Assembly (NCBI GenBank): GCA_947652375.1
Contig: CANTCS010000004.1
Location: 542-64,541, forward strand
Length of the DNA stretch: 64,000 bases
Direction of reading: 5' to 3'
Origin: an uncultured Mollicutes bacterium
GTDB taxonomy: Bacteria; Bacillota_I; Bacilli_A; RF39; UBA660
The position numbers and the translations under genes are program-made. The notes under the pieces were generated by a model. The model ran no database searches. It saw nothing but the letters and a program-made list of their open reading frames with translations, and was not told the origin of the DNA. This document shows, in pieces, positions 54,097 to 63,863 of this stretch (within the stretch, counting starts at the first letter, position 1; every line of letters starts with the position of its first letter).

Positions 54097-55893
54097 ATGA
54101 GTAGTATAACAGTAATGGATGAAGTTTTAGCCAATAAAATTGCTGCCGGAGAAGTAGTAGAAAAAACAATGAATGTAGTTAAAGAACTTGTTGAGAATTC
54201 TATTGATGCTAAAAGTAGTGAAATAACTATTAAACTAATTGATTCAGGTGTTAAAGAAATTGAGGTTTCAGATAACGGAATCGGAATGGATGAAGAGGAT
54301 GCTAAACTGGCCTTTCAACGTCATGCCACTTCTAAATTAAAAAATTTAGATGATTTATTTTATATCGAAAGTTTAGGTTTTCGTGGGGAGGCATTACCAT
54401 CTATTGCAAGTGTATCTAATATAACATTAAAAACAAGCGATGGAAAAAAAGGAACACTAGTTACTATTGCAGGTGGAAAAGCCATGACAGTAGAAAGATG
54501 CGATTTACAAAAAGGTACGACAATTACTGTAAGTGATTTATTTTATAATACTCCTGTTAGATTAAAATATTTAAAAAATCTTTATGTTGAACTTGCTCAT
54601 ATTGTTGAATATTTAAATAAGATGGCCTTGTCATATCCAAATATAAAATTTACATTAATAAATAATGAGAAAACCCTTCTTCAAACAGACGGTAATGGCG
54701 ATTTATTAAAAGTAATTTACTTTATATATGGAGTAGATATAACTAAAAAGATGATTGCTATAAATGGCGAAAATGATGATTATTATATTACTGGCTATAT
54801 CTCTTATCCAGAAGTTACTAAAGGAAATAGAAATTCAATTACTACTTTAATAAATGGAAGAGTTATAAAAAATAACGAATTAAATAAATGTATAATCGAT
54901 TGCTACCACACTTATATTCACAAAGATCGTTATCCTGTTATAATTTTAAATATTGACGTTGATCCAATATTAATAGATATAAATATTCATCCTACAAAAA
55001 TGGATATAAAGTTTTCTAAAATGGATACATTAAAAGAATTAATCATTAAACTAATTACTGAGCGATTAGAAGAACTAACTTTAATTCCTGAAGTGTCTGT
55101 TCGTGATAATTATTCGGTTAGTGAAGTTCATCGTCAAATTGTCAATAAAGAAATAATTCCTGAACCACATGAGGAAAAAAAAGAAGAACAAGTTTATGAA
55201 GAAATGACTCTTGACTTTGAAGTTGCCGAAAAAGAGCAAAAATACGAATCGATTAAAGAAGCGGTTGAACTATCCTCTAAAAAAGAAGAAATTCCTAAAG
55301 AAAATAAAGTTCGAATCAAAAAAATGATTCCAAGAGGTGTTGTTCTATTAACCTATATTGTAGCTGAAAATGAAGATGGGATGTATTTAATTGATCAACA
55401 TGCTGCAGCTGAGAGAATTAATTATGAAAAAATTTTAAAGGAAATGAAAGAAGAGCCTATTATCATTGATTTACTTGTTCCAATAAAAATAGAACTTCGT
55501 CCCGATGAATATATACTTATTAAAGAACGATTTACAATATTAGAAAAATATGGTTTTAGAATATCCGAGTTTGGTTTTAATACCATAATAATAAGAAGTC
55601 ATCCAGCTTGGATTAAAGAAGAAAGAGCAGAGGATATAATTAAAAAAATAGTTGATATCATTATTGAAAAATCTTCTTTTGATTTTGATCAATTTGTTTG
55701 GCGTATGGCTGCCACTACTTCTTGTCGTATGTCTGTCATGGCTAATACTTATATTTCTAAAGAAGAACAAGAGTGGATTTTAGAAAATATTAGATATTGT
55801 GATAATCCTTTTACTTGTCCCCATGGACGACCGACTATTATAACTTATACTCGTTATGAATTAGAGCGATTATTTAAGCGTCAGCTCGATTAA
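54097..55893 (+). CDS. mutL: DNA mismatch repair protein MutL
   Basis: GHKL ATPase motifs (IAAGEVVE, DNGIGM, GFRGEAL) and a C-terminal dimerisation/endonuclease domain. Confidence 0.95.
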   Translation: MSSITVMDEVLANKIAAGEVVEKTMNVVKELVENSIDAKSSEITIKLIDSGVKEIEVSDNGIGMDEEDAKLAFQRHATSKLKNLDDLFYIESLGFRGEALPSIASVSNITLKTSDGKKGTLVTIAGGKAMTVERCDLQKGTTITVSDLFYNTPVRLKYLKNLYVELAHIVEYLNKMALSYPNIKFTLINNEKTLLQTDGNGDLLKVIYFIYGVDITKKMIAINGENDDYYITGYISYPEVTKGNRNSITTLINGRVIKNNELNKCIIDCYHTYIHKDRYPVIILNIDVDPILIDINIHPTKMDIKFSKMDTLKELIIKLITERLEELTLIPEVSVRDNYSVSEVHRQIVNKEIIPEPHEEKKEEQVYEEMTLDFEVAEKEQKYESIKEAVELSSKKEEIPKENKVRIKKMIPRGVVLLTYIVAENEDGMYLIDQHAAAERINYEKILKEMKEEPIIIDLLVPIKIELRPDEYILIKERFTILEKYGFRISEFGFNTIIIRSHPAWIKEERAEDIIKKIVDIIIEKSSFDFDQFVWRMAATTSCRMSVMANTYISKEEQEWILENIRYCDNPFTCPHGRPTIITYTRYELERLFKRQLD

Positions 55894-55908
55894 AAAAGGA
55901 GATTATTA

Positions 55909-56363
55909 ATGTTACAAAATGGCAAAATTCTAGTTTCTGATAAATTAAATAGTGAAGAATTAGAATTTCTTATAGATCAATCTTTTGAATTGTTTTGTAA
56001 ATTAAGAAATTACACAAATTTATCTCCAAATAAGGTTCTTTTTCTAAAAGAACAACTTCAAAAAATGTATTTAGAAAATAAAAATAATCTTAGAATATAC
56101 ACCATAAAAATAAATGAGGAAATTATAGGTTGTGCATGTTTACTAAAGGATAGTGGAAATATTAGAGACTTGTTTGTCAAAGAAGAAAATCAAAGACAAG
56201 GAATTGGAACTTTACTATTAAAAAAATCATTCAAGATATGGCAAGTATAAAAGATATAACTATAACAACACACAATTCTATTGTTGATTTTTATAGGAAA
56301 AACGATTTTTTAGTTGTTGAATCAAATGAACATAATCTAATAATGAAAAAATCAAATAAGTAG
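55909..56363 (+). pseudogene. GNAT acetyltransferase disrupted by a frameshift in an A7 run
   Basis: QRQGIGTLLLKK (acetyl-CoA motif A), then a stop at 56248-56250. The native-looking C-terminus (IIQDMASIKDITITTHNSIVDFYRKNDFLVVE...) is in the +1 frame from the A7 run at 56220-56226 and ends at TAG 56361-56363. Confidence 0.75.
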
Positions 56364-56510
56364 ATAAAGATCATGCTATTTTTTTAATAGATGAGATGAA
56401 GACCTATAACCTATATAAACAATCTTGACCATCAGAAGGGAGCATGATATAATCCCCTCTAACAAAATATGTGGACAATGTGCTTGTATCAAAAAGGAAA
56501 AGGTGATTTT

Positions 56511-57380
56511 ATGCAAGATATTATAGTTATTGTTGGACCTACAGGAGTAGGAAAAACCAAATTAAGTATTGAATTAGCTAAAAGATTTGATGCTGAAATA
56601 ATTAATGGTGATAGTGTAGCAATCTATAAAAGGTTAAATATAGGTAGTGCTAAACCAAATATTGAAGAGCGCGAAAATATTCCTCATCATTTAATTGATA
56701 TTAAAGAGGTGAATGAAAACTATACGGTTTATGACTATCAAAAAGACTTGAGAAAAAAGATTATTGAAATTGCCAGTCGTGGTAAAAGAATTATTATAGT
56801 TGGGGGGACAGGTCTTTATATTAAAGCAGGTTTATATGATTACAAATTTGTTTCAGGAACCACTAATAATACTTATGAAGAATTAACTAATTCTGAGCTC
56901 TTATCTAAAATTCAAAATTATCACCTTGAAAATATTCCAGATTTAAATAACCGACGCCGTCTAGTTAGACTTTTAAATAAACTAGAAAATAGAGAGGAGA
57001 TAACAAATAGCAAAGATAAATTATTATATAATATTAAAGTCATTGGATTAACTACAGAACGCTCTCTTCTATATCACAGAATTAATAAAAGAGTTGATAA
57101 TATGATTGAAAATGGTTTATTAGAAGAAATAAATTTATTAAAAAATTTCTATAAAGATTCTCGAATATTGAATAGTGCAATTGGTTATAAAGAATTTTCT
57201 GATTATTTATTCCATAATAAACCATTAGAAGATGTAATATCAGAAATAAAGTTAAACTCTCGTAGATATGCCAAAAGACAGTATACTTTTTTTAAAAATC
57301 AATTTGAAACAAAATGGTTTGATGTAGATTTTAATTGTTTTACAAATACCATCGAAAAGATAATTGCATTTTTAAATTAA
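56511..57380 (+). CDS. miaA: tRNA dimethylallyltransferase
   Basis: P-loop GPTGVGKT, full-length MiaA. TTGACC-17-TATAAT promoter at 56436-56464. Confidence 0.95.
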   Translation: MQDIIVIVGPTGVGKTKLSIELAKRFDAEIINGDSVAIYKRLNIGSAKPNIEERENIPHHLIDIKEVNENYTVYDYQKDLRKKIIEIASRGKRIIIVGGTGLYIKAGLYDYKFVSGTTNNTYEELTNSELLSKIQNYHLENIPDLNNRRRLVRLLNKLENREEITNSKDKLLYNIKVIGLTTERSLLYHRINKRVDNMIENGLLEEINLLKNFYKDSRILNSAIGYKEFSDYLFHNKPLEDVISEIKLNSRRYAKRQYTFFKNQFETKWFDVDFNCFTNTIEKIIAFLN

Positions 57381-57492
57381 TTTAAATTCAGGGGGTTAAA
57401 AAGAGAGAATTTAATCAGATGAAAAATATATTGACAAAAAAACATTTAAAAGAGTATGATTAAATAAAGTAGATTAGAAAGAGGTTGTTTTA

Positions 57493-58875
57493 ATGAAAAA
57501 GTTTTCTTTAAAAATAGGGTATTTTATCATTATATTTCTTGTTCTATGCATTAGTATTGGTTATTCTGCTTTGAACGAAAGATTATTAATAGATAATATC
57601 ACTGCAGAAGTACGAGTTGAAAAAGATATAAGAATTACTAATGTAGGAATTAATTCTAGCGAAAATGAAGCAATCTCTAAATATGAAAACTATAATATTA
57701 ATAATATTACTAGCTCTGTTTCTCTTCCCACAGTTAACTCAAATATTACTTATCGAATTGATATTACTAATCTTGGAAATACAGAAATGGCTATTAAAAC
57801 AATTACTGGTCTTCCAGAAAACTTAACATATGAATTATTAAATTATAATTTAAAAGATAAAATATGTGCAAATAATAAATGTAATTTAGGTATAAAAAAA
57901 GAGATTCTTTTAAAAATAAAATATAAAAACTTTAATCCCAGTCAAACTAATTATACCTTTAAATTAGATTTTGAATTTAGCCAAATTTATTCAATCAAAT
58001 ATTTAAATTTAGAAAATAATAATTTATACCCTAAAGAAATCTTAGATAAAGAGACATTAAAAATCAATTTTCAAAATTCTCTTCCAAATAGTTTAAGTAT
58101 AAAAATGAATAATCTTTCTTTACAAGAAAATATTGATTATACTTTTACTAACAATTGTCTAACTATTCCAAATATAAATGGAAATATAGAAATTATTCTA
58201 AATTATCAATCTTTCTTAAAAGAAATAAATAAAGGCGAATATTTTAAAGAAGAACTTTATTTTGACAAAATAAAAAATGTTTATTTTGTCGACTATATTG
58301 AAAAGGATAATTTTTTAAAAAGTTATGATGTTACAGAAGAACAAAATGGACGAATTATAGCTTGGATAGTTGCCAATGAAAGTGATTTTGATTTATATAT
58401 TGGTTCCAATGAAGAAATAAAAGCCAAAAGTTTAAAAGGTCTATTTCAAGATATGTTAATAGAAAATATTGATTTTAATAACTTTTCCACTGAAGAAACA
58501 ATCAATTTTCAAGATATGTTTAATAATTGTCAAAATTTAAAAAAACTAAATCTTAATAATTTTACTACAGAAAAAGCAAAGAATTTAGAAAGAATGTTTG
58601 CCAATTGCGAGAATTTATTAAGTTTAAATTTTTCTAATTCTATCTTCAATCAAGATAATAATTTAAATGAAATGTTTTACAATTGCACTACATTAAAAGA
58701 TTTAAAACTTGGCACTATTTCTCCAAATGTTATTCTCTGTAGCAATATATTTAAAAATGTAAATATCAGTGCAGAAATTACTGTAAAAAATGAAGAAACA
58801 AAGAATTGGATTTTAAATCTACCTGTAAATGATCGCCCTGAAGTATGGTCTGATGTAAATATAAGCATTGTCTAA
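57493..58875 (+). CDS. Surface protein with C-terminal BspA/DUF285-type leucine-rich repeats
   Basis: N-terminal signal anchor. Repeats of the form F(x)NCxNLKxLNLxNFxT...NLxxMF. Confidence 0.75.
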   Translation: MKKFSLKIGYFIIIFLVLCISIGYSALNERLLIDNITAEVRVEKDIRITNVGINSSENEAISKYENYNINNITSSVSLPTVNSNITYRIDITNLGNTEMAIKTITGLPENLTYELLNYNLKDKICANNKCNLGIKKEILLKIKYKNFNPSQTNYTFKLDFEFSQIYSIKYLNLENNNLYPKEILDKETLKINFQNSLPNSLSIKMNNLSLQENIDYTFTNNCLTIPNINGNIEIILNYQSFLKEINKGEYFKEELYFDKIKNVYFVDYIEKDNFLKSYDVTEEQNGRIIAWIVANESDFDLYIGSNEEIKAKSLKGLFQDMLIENIDFNNFSTEETINFQDMFNNCQNLKKLNLNNFTTEKAKNLERMFANCENLLSLNFSNSIFNQDNNLNEMFYNCTTLKDLKLGTISPNVILCSNIFKNVNISAEITVKNEETKNWILNLPVNDRPEVWSDVNISIV

Positions 58876-59128
58876 AAAAATAAAAAACTACATGATTTTT
58901 TAAGTAAACCTTATATTTTATTTTTTTCACATTTACTAATACTATTAATTATTAAAACTTCTATTTTTCATATTTAAAAGGATAAAGAGATATGAGTGAT
59001 AAATATGATAGGAATGCTCTAGGAAAAAATAATTACATAAAATATTTGCTTATAAATATGCTTGTAATTTAGAATTAAAATATAAATAAAATGGTGCGGT
59101 TGAAATTACAATAAAGAAAAGAAGCTAA

Positions 59129-60040
59129 TTAAGCTTCTTTTAATTCACTAAATATTTCTTTATCGAATTGATGTTCAGTTATATCTAATTTTAGTAATTT
59201 CTTTGTAGATATTAAAAAGTAATTATGTTCTAAATAGTTATTTCCATCACTTGCAACTGGATCATCCCAAGTAAGATCTAAATGATACCATTTATTATCC
59301 AAATAAACAGCATTCCAAATATGATTATTACTAGAAACTTTAAAGCTTTTAATCATTAATCGTTCCAGAAATAATTCCATTAAATCAGTATATCCACCAC
59401 AAATAGCATATCCCTCAAATAATGGGCCATAAGCTATATCAGATTTATAATTTGATAATTTATTTTCGCTTCTATTTGAATCATATTTGGAATTATTAAT
59501 AATAAAATCATGAATATTTTTAATTTTCTCTCGATTAGTCATATTCGCATTAATTAATTGTTCAAGCAATTCACTAATTTTATTTTCAATTAAATCAATT
59601 TGATTATCAGTATAACTTTTAGTAATCTTTATTACAACTTTTCCTAAATTATCATATTCAGTTTCAATATGAGAAAATCCATTATAAGGGTGAACATAAT
59701 TATTTATATTAGATAAAGTTTCTTGATTATTAGCAAGCGTTTTGACTTCATTTAAACAATCTTTATAGTCTTTTGGACAATGAAAAACAAATTCATCCTT
59801 ACCAGCATTTATAGCCGTGTAATAAATATTTAAAATGTCTTGTTTAGAATAAGGTTTAAAATTATTAGTATTTTGTACAAATTGAAAATCATAGTCACGA
59901 TAATATTTATTTTTTTCTTCCATTTTAATATTATTAATATTTAAGATATTGTCATTAACAAAGTTAATAATATGTTCTTTATTATTTAAAGCTAAACCAG
60001 TTAAAATTAAAAATAATCCTAAGAATATAATTTTTTTCAT
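59129..60040 (-). CDS. Secreted transglutaminase-like cysteine protease-fold protein
   Basis: Signal peptide. Core triad context CGGYTDL ... HIWNAVY ... HLDLTWDD. Confidence 0.8.
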   Translation of the reverse strand: MKKIIFLGLFLILTGLALNNKEHIINFVNDNILNINNIKMEEKNKYYRDYDFQFVQNTNNFKPYSKQDILNIYYTAINAGKDEFVFHCPKDYKDCLNEVKTLANNQETLSNINNYVHPYNGFSHIETEYDNLGKVVIKITKSYTDNQIDLIENKISELLEQLINANMTNREKIKNIHDFIINNSKYDSNRSENKLSNYKSDIAYGPLFEGYAICGGYTDLMELFLERLMIKSFKVSSNNHIWNAVYLDNKWYHLDLTWDDPVASDGNNYLEHNYFLISTKKLLKLDITEHQFDKEIFSELKEA

Positions 60041-60186
60041 AAATCCTCCTAATATAAATATATTTAGAAAATAAAAAATAACAACAAAATTATAAATTCT
60101 TAACTATAATGATTTTATCTTATCTTTTAAAATCTGTCTACCATTTAAAAGTATTCTAAAAATAAAAACCAATTAATTAAATTGGT

Positions 60187-60450
60187 TTATTTTATTGCAT
60201 TCTTCATTTTTGTTAATCTTGATTTTAAACGAGCAGCTTTATTTTTATGAACTAATCCACTTGTCATAGCTTTATCAATTCTTTGAAAAGCAATATTTAA
60301 ATTATTATTAGCTTCTTGAGCATTTCCTGCTTTTACTTCTTTTTCAAAACTTTTAATAGCAGTTTTCATACTTGAAGTTATTAAATTATTAACTTCAGCT
60401 TTTTTTGCATTTGAACGCATACGTTTTTTTGCACTTTTAATATTTGGCAT
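60187..60450 (-). CDS. rpsT: 30S ribosomal protein S20
   Basis: MPNIKSAKKRMR... 87 aa. Terminator hairpin AACCAATT/AATTGGTT downstream. Confidence 0.96.
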   Translation of the reverse strand: MPNIKSAKKRMRSNAKKAEVNNLITSSMKTAIKSFEKEVKAGNAQEANNNLNIAFQRIDKAMTSGLVHKNKAARLKSRLTKMKNAIK

Positions 60451-60551
60451 TTTTTCACCTCACTTTTTGTAAACACATTAATTTTACCAAAAAACAAAAA
60501 AAAAAGCAAATAAAATTACAAATTTTGTCAATATTATTAAAAGGTGATAAA

Positions 60552-61358
60552 ATGCATACAATTAATACAAATAATTTAAATATACGTACAGATCTGGTAA
60601 TAGAGCAAGATTTAACAAAAAATGAAGATACGGAACTTATCAAAGATAATGTCAAAATAACAACTTCTAAAATTGAAGATAATCTTTATTCAACAATAGA
60701 ATTTGATGATATTACAGATAAAGATAATTTTCAAATAGTCCAAGATGTATTTATTAAAGAATTAAAAAAATATATAACCATTAATAAAGATGATATATTT
60801 TTAATAATAGGATTAGGAAATAGTAACAGTACCCCAGACTCTTTAGGACCAAAAACACTTGATAATATCGTTGTAACTAGGCACCTATATCTTTTAGGCG
60901 ATACAGATCCCAATTATAGTAATGTCGCTAAATTTAAGCCAAATGTAATAGGGGAGACAGGAATTGATTCAATCTCAATATTAAAAGGTATTATCAAAGA
61001 TAGTAAAGCCACAAAAGTAATAATAATAGATGCCCTTAAAGCAAGTAAAGTAGAAAGACTAAATAGAGTAATTCAAATAACTAATAAGGGTATTAATCCC
61101 GGAAGTGGAATAAACAATAATCGTGGTGAAGTTAGTAAAAAAACTATGAAAACAGAAGTAATTGCGATAGGAGTTCCAACTGTAGTAGATGTAAAAACAA
61201 TTGTAGAAGATCTTATTAAAGAAGAAATAACTCTAAAAGAAAATCTGATAGTTACACCAACTAATATTGACTTCACAATTGAAAAATTAAGTCTTTTAAT
61301 TGGCAATGGTTTAAACATATTTTTACATAAAGACTTCAAACGACAAAATAATTATTAA
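60552..61358 (+). CDS. gpr: Germination protease (spore endopeptidase GPR)
   Basis: IRTDL, GLGN..TPDSLGP and IAIGVPTVVD motifs. rpsT-gpr-spoIIP synteny. Confidence 0.88.
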   Translation: MHTINTNNLNIRTDLVIEQDLTKNEDTELIKDNVKITTSKIEDNLYSTIEFDDITDKDNFQIVQDVFIKELKKYITINKDDIFLIIGLGNSNSTPDSLGPKTLDNIVVTRHLYLLGDTDPNYSNVAKFKPNVIGETGIDSISILKGIIKDSKATKVIIIDALKASKVERLNRVIQITNKGINPGSGINNNRGEVSKKTMKTEVIAIGVPTVVDVKTIVEDLIKEEITLKENLIVTPTNIDFTIEKLSLLIGNGLNIFLHKDFKRQNNY

Positions 61359-61387
61359 ATCAAGTTTATAATAAACTTGGTGATATA

Positions 61388-62305
61388 ATGAAAAGAAAAT
61401 TTATTACTAAAAAACTCAAATCAAATAAAAAAATAAAATTTTTATTTGTTTTTATTATGTTTTTAATTGGTATCTATGCGAGCTATAAAAATTTAGAAAA
61501 ATCAAAAATTGAAATAACAGATAAAGATTTAATCAATTTAGTAATAAAAAATAGTTTTAACAATGAAGAAAATATTCTTGAAAAAATGATTGATAAGACT
61601 TTGAAAGTAAGCAATCCAATTAAACTTTTAAATAAAAATTACAATAAGTATATTACAGCTTCTCAAATAGAACAAAAAGTAGTAAAAGAAGAAGTAGAAC
61701 CCATGATATATATTTATAATTCTCATCAAACAGAAGAATATGCCTCGAGTAATTATGCCGAATTTAGTATTAATCCAACCGTTGTTATGAATAATTACAT
61801 TTTAGAAGATATTTTTAATAAGAATGGTTATAAAACTTTAGTTGAAGAGAGAAATATTAAAGAAATCCTTAATAAAAATAATTGGAAATATGCAAATAGT
61901 TATAGAGCAAGTCGAGTCTTTCTTGAAGATGTAATAGTAACTAATCCAACTTTAAAATATTTTATTGATGTACATAGAGATAGTTTAGGAAAAGATAAAA
62001 CAACAATCAAAATAGATGATAAAGATTATGCTAAAGTTATATTTTTAATCGGAACAGAAAATAAAAACTATCAAGCTAATCTTGCTTTGACAGAAAAAAT
62101 TAACAATAATTTAAATAAGTATTATCCAGGCCTCAGTAAAGGAATTTATAAAAAAGGTGGCACAGGAGTTAATGGAGTTTATAATCAAGATTTTTCCCCA
62201 AATACTATTTTAATAGAAATGGGAGGCTATGAAAATACAACAAATGAAGTTTTAAATACAGCTATTGCATTCTCAAAATGTTTTATGGAGGCTATCAATG
62301 AATAA
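61388..62305 (+). CDS. spoIIP: Stage II sporulation protein P
   Basis: N-terminal TM. IYIYNSHQTEEY, DVHRDS and ILIEMGG motifs of SpoIIP amidase/peptidase. Confidence 0.88.
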   Translation: MKRKFITKKLKSNKKIKFLFVFIMFLIGIYASYKNLEKSKIEITDKDLINLVIKNSFNNEENILEKMIDKTLKVSNPIKLLNKNYNKYITASQIEQKVVKEEVEPMIYIYNSHQTEEYASSNYAEFSINPTVVMNNYILEDIFNKNGYKTLVEERNIKEILNKNNWKYANSYRASRVFLEDVIVTNPTLKYFIDVHRDSLGKDKTTIKIDDKDYAKVIFLIGTENKNYQANLALTEKINNNLNKYYPGLSKGIYKKGGTGVNGVYNQDFSPNTILIEMGGYENTTNEVLNTAIAFSKCFMEAINE

Positions 62306-62594
62306 ATTATTAAAAGTATCTACAGTAATTGTATTAATACTATTTTTTTCTCTCTTTTTTAGTCGTTACAACAATTATTATGAAAATAAAAAAGTCCTAA
62401 CTGATACAGCAATAGAAAGATTTGAACAAGATTTAAAAGATGGAAAAGAGATAGTGGCTAGTAATTATATAGAAAAAGAAAAAAATTATAATAACAGAAT
62501 ATCTAAAATAGGCATCAAAACATCTAAATTAATTGAAAATACCTTTAACAAAGGCATGAAACTATTAATGAAATATATAGAAAAATTACAATAA
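62298..62594 (+). CDS. YqxA-like small membrane-anchored protein
   Basis: 98 aa with an N-terminal TM. The position after spoIIP matches B. subtilis yqxA. GGAGG lies 6 nt before ATG 62298. Confidence 0.55.
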   Translation: MNKLLKVSTVIVLILFFSLFFSRYNNYYENKKVLTDTAIERFEQDLKDGKEIVASNYIEKEKNYNNRISKIGIKTSKLIENTFNKGMKLLMKYIEKLQ

Positions 62595-62632
62595 AAAAAT
62601 CCTCTTTTTAGAAGATTTTTTTTATACTAAAT

Positions 62633-63508
62633 TTATTGATACATTTCCTTTTTTATGATTTCTAAATTATCGTTCATTATTGAAGAATAATTAAAGTTTT
62701 CACTTCTTTCATTATCTGTAATATTATCTAATTTATGTAGACCTAGCGTTTTAACATTAGGATATTTAGCAATAAGTTTATTAGCGTTATCATTAAGCTT
62801 TTGTCCTTTAAACATTAAAATATAACTAATTTTCTCACTTTTAATTAAATTTTCAACATCACTTAATGTTTTTTGTGTTGCATCACTATCTATACAGAAA
62901 ACTTTTAATCCAAATTTCTCAAGATATTTTAAAGCACTATCAGCTACGACTACAATGTTATTATTTGTACTTTCAACAGCTAATCTATATTCTGCATCTA
63001 TTTCAGATAATTCTATTTTTAGTTTATCATAAGCTTGATTAACTTCTTTTTTTAAATAAGTACTAGTAATATATTCTACTAATCCAAGTCTTACGTTTTG
63101 ACTCATCATTAATAAGGATGATGGGTTAAGCCATAACTCCTCAGGAGAATAGTCAGTTTCCAAAACATAGGCAGTATCAATTATTTTTAAATCAGAATTA
63201 ATTGCTAATAAATCAACAGCTAAATTTCTTTCTTTTTCTAATAATCCGTTATAGATAAATAAATCTTTCTTAGCCCAATCTTGTTTTTGCTTATTACTTA
63301 TCTTATAATCATCAATTATAACTCCATCAGGATAAATCGAACTTATAGTAGCATGATCCCCATATAGTTTTTTTACTATATATTCATTAGGATAATTAGT
63401 TACAATAATTTCTATATTATCCATCGTATCATTAGTACATCCTGTTGTTAAAAATATAATTGGCATTAAAAAAATTATAAATAAAATTAATCTTTTGTTT
63501 TTTTTCAT
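62633..63508 (-). CDS. Lipoprotein of the ZnuA/TroA solute-binding fold lacking the usual metal-binding histidines
   Basis: Lipobox LTTGC. Family-like blocks ([27 protein letters not shown]). AAGGAG lies 7 nt before ATG 63508. Confidence 0.6.
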   Translation of the reverse strand: MKKNKRLILFIIFLMPIIFLTTGCTNDTMDNIEIIVTNYPNEYIVKKLYGDHATISSIYPDGVIIDDYKISNKQKQDWAKKDLFIYNGLLEKERNLAVDLLAINSDLKIIDTAYVLETDYSPEELWLNPSSLLMMSQNVRLGLVEYITSTYLKKEVNQAYDKLKIELSEIDAEYRLAVESTNNNIVVVADSALKYLEKFGLKVFCIDSDATQKTLSDVENLIKSEKISYILMFKGQKLNDNANKLIAKYPNVKTLGLHKLDNITDNERSENFNYSSIMNDNLEIIKKEMYQ

Positions 63509-63742
63509 ATTTATCTCCTTTTTATCTGGTACTGGATCATATCCAGTCGGACCAAAGGGGTTACATTTTAAAATTCTTTTAATACTAAGAAAAAAGCCCC
63601 TTATTATTCCATATCGATTAATTGCTTCTTTGGCATAATTTGAACAAGTAGGAAAAAACCTACATTGTCGATGACTTGCAAATGGAATTTTCTGATATAA
63701 ATTAATGATAGATATAATTAATCTCTTCACTATCATCACCAT
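63509..63742 (-). CDS. yidD: YidD (membrane protein insertion efficiency factor) reading frame, in frame with the downstream lipoprotein and with no stop
   Basis: [15 protein letters not shown] and GYDPVP motifs in the first 72 aa of the 369 aa ORF 62633-63742. No stop codon before the lipoprotein ATG. Confidence 0.7.
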
Positions 63743-63863
63743 TTTAATTTTATATTATTTTCTAAAAATTTACAAGACTAGTTTTTAATTAATAGAATAA
63801 TTTATTTTATCTTGGCTTTCTATGAAAAATATGTTAAAATATAAAACCAAATGGAGGGGGACC

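Noticed and set aside
56364-56470. Inverted repeat ATCATGCT ... AGCATGAT upstream of miaA as a possible riboswitch or attenuator
   Set aside because: The arms are about 70 nt apart, and the 3' arm lies in the spacer of the TTGACC-17-TATAAT promoter, abutting the -10 box. There is no terminator-like U-run or conserved riboswitch core. It is more likely fortuitous.
58990-59075. 26-codon ORF (MSDKYDRNALGKNNYIKYLLINMLVI*) with a weak RBS between the LRR protein and the transglutaminase-like gene
   Set aside because: There is no paralogue, no flanking RNA structure and no conservation evidence. It is indistinguishable from chance in AT-rich intergenic DNA.
605-62594. Split of the conserved rpsT-gpr-spoIIP-yqxA-lepA-hemN block: lepA-hemW at the left end, rpsT-gpr-spoIIP-yqxA-like at the right end, about 60 kb apart
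   Set aside because: The intervening DNA is mostly essential housekeeping genes and not an insert. This more likely reflects ordinary lineage-specific rearrangement, and it cannot be evaluated without the rest of the genome.
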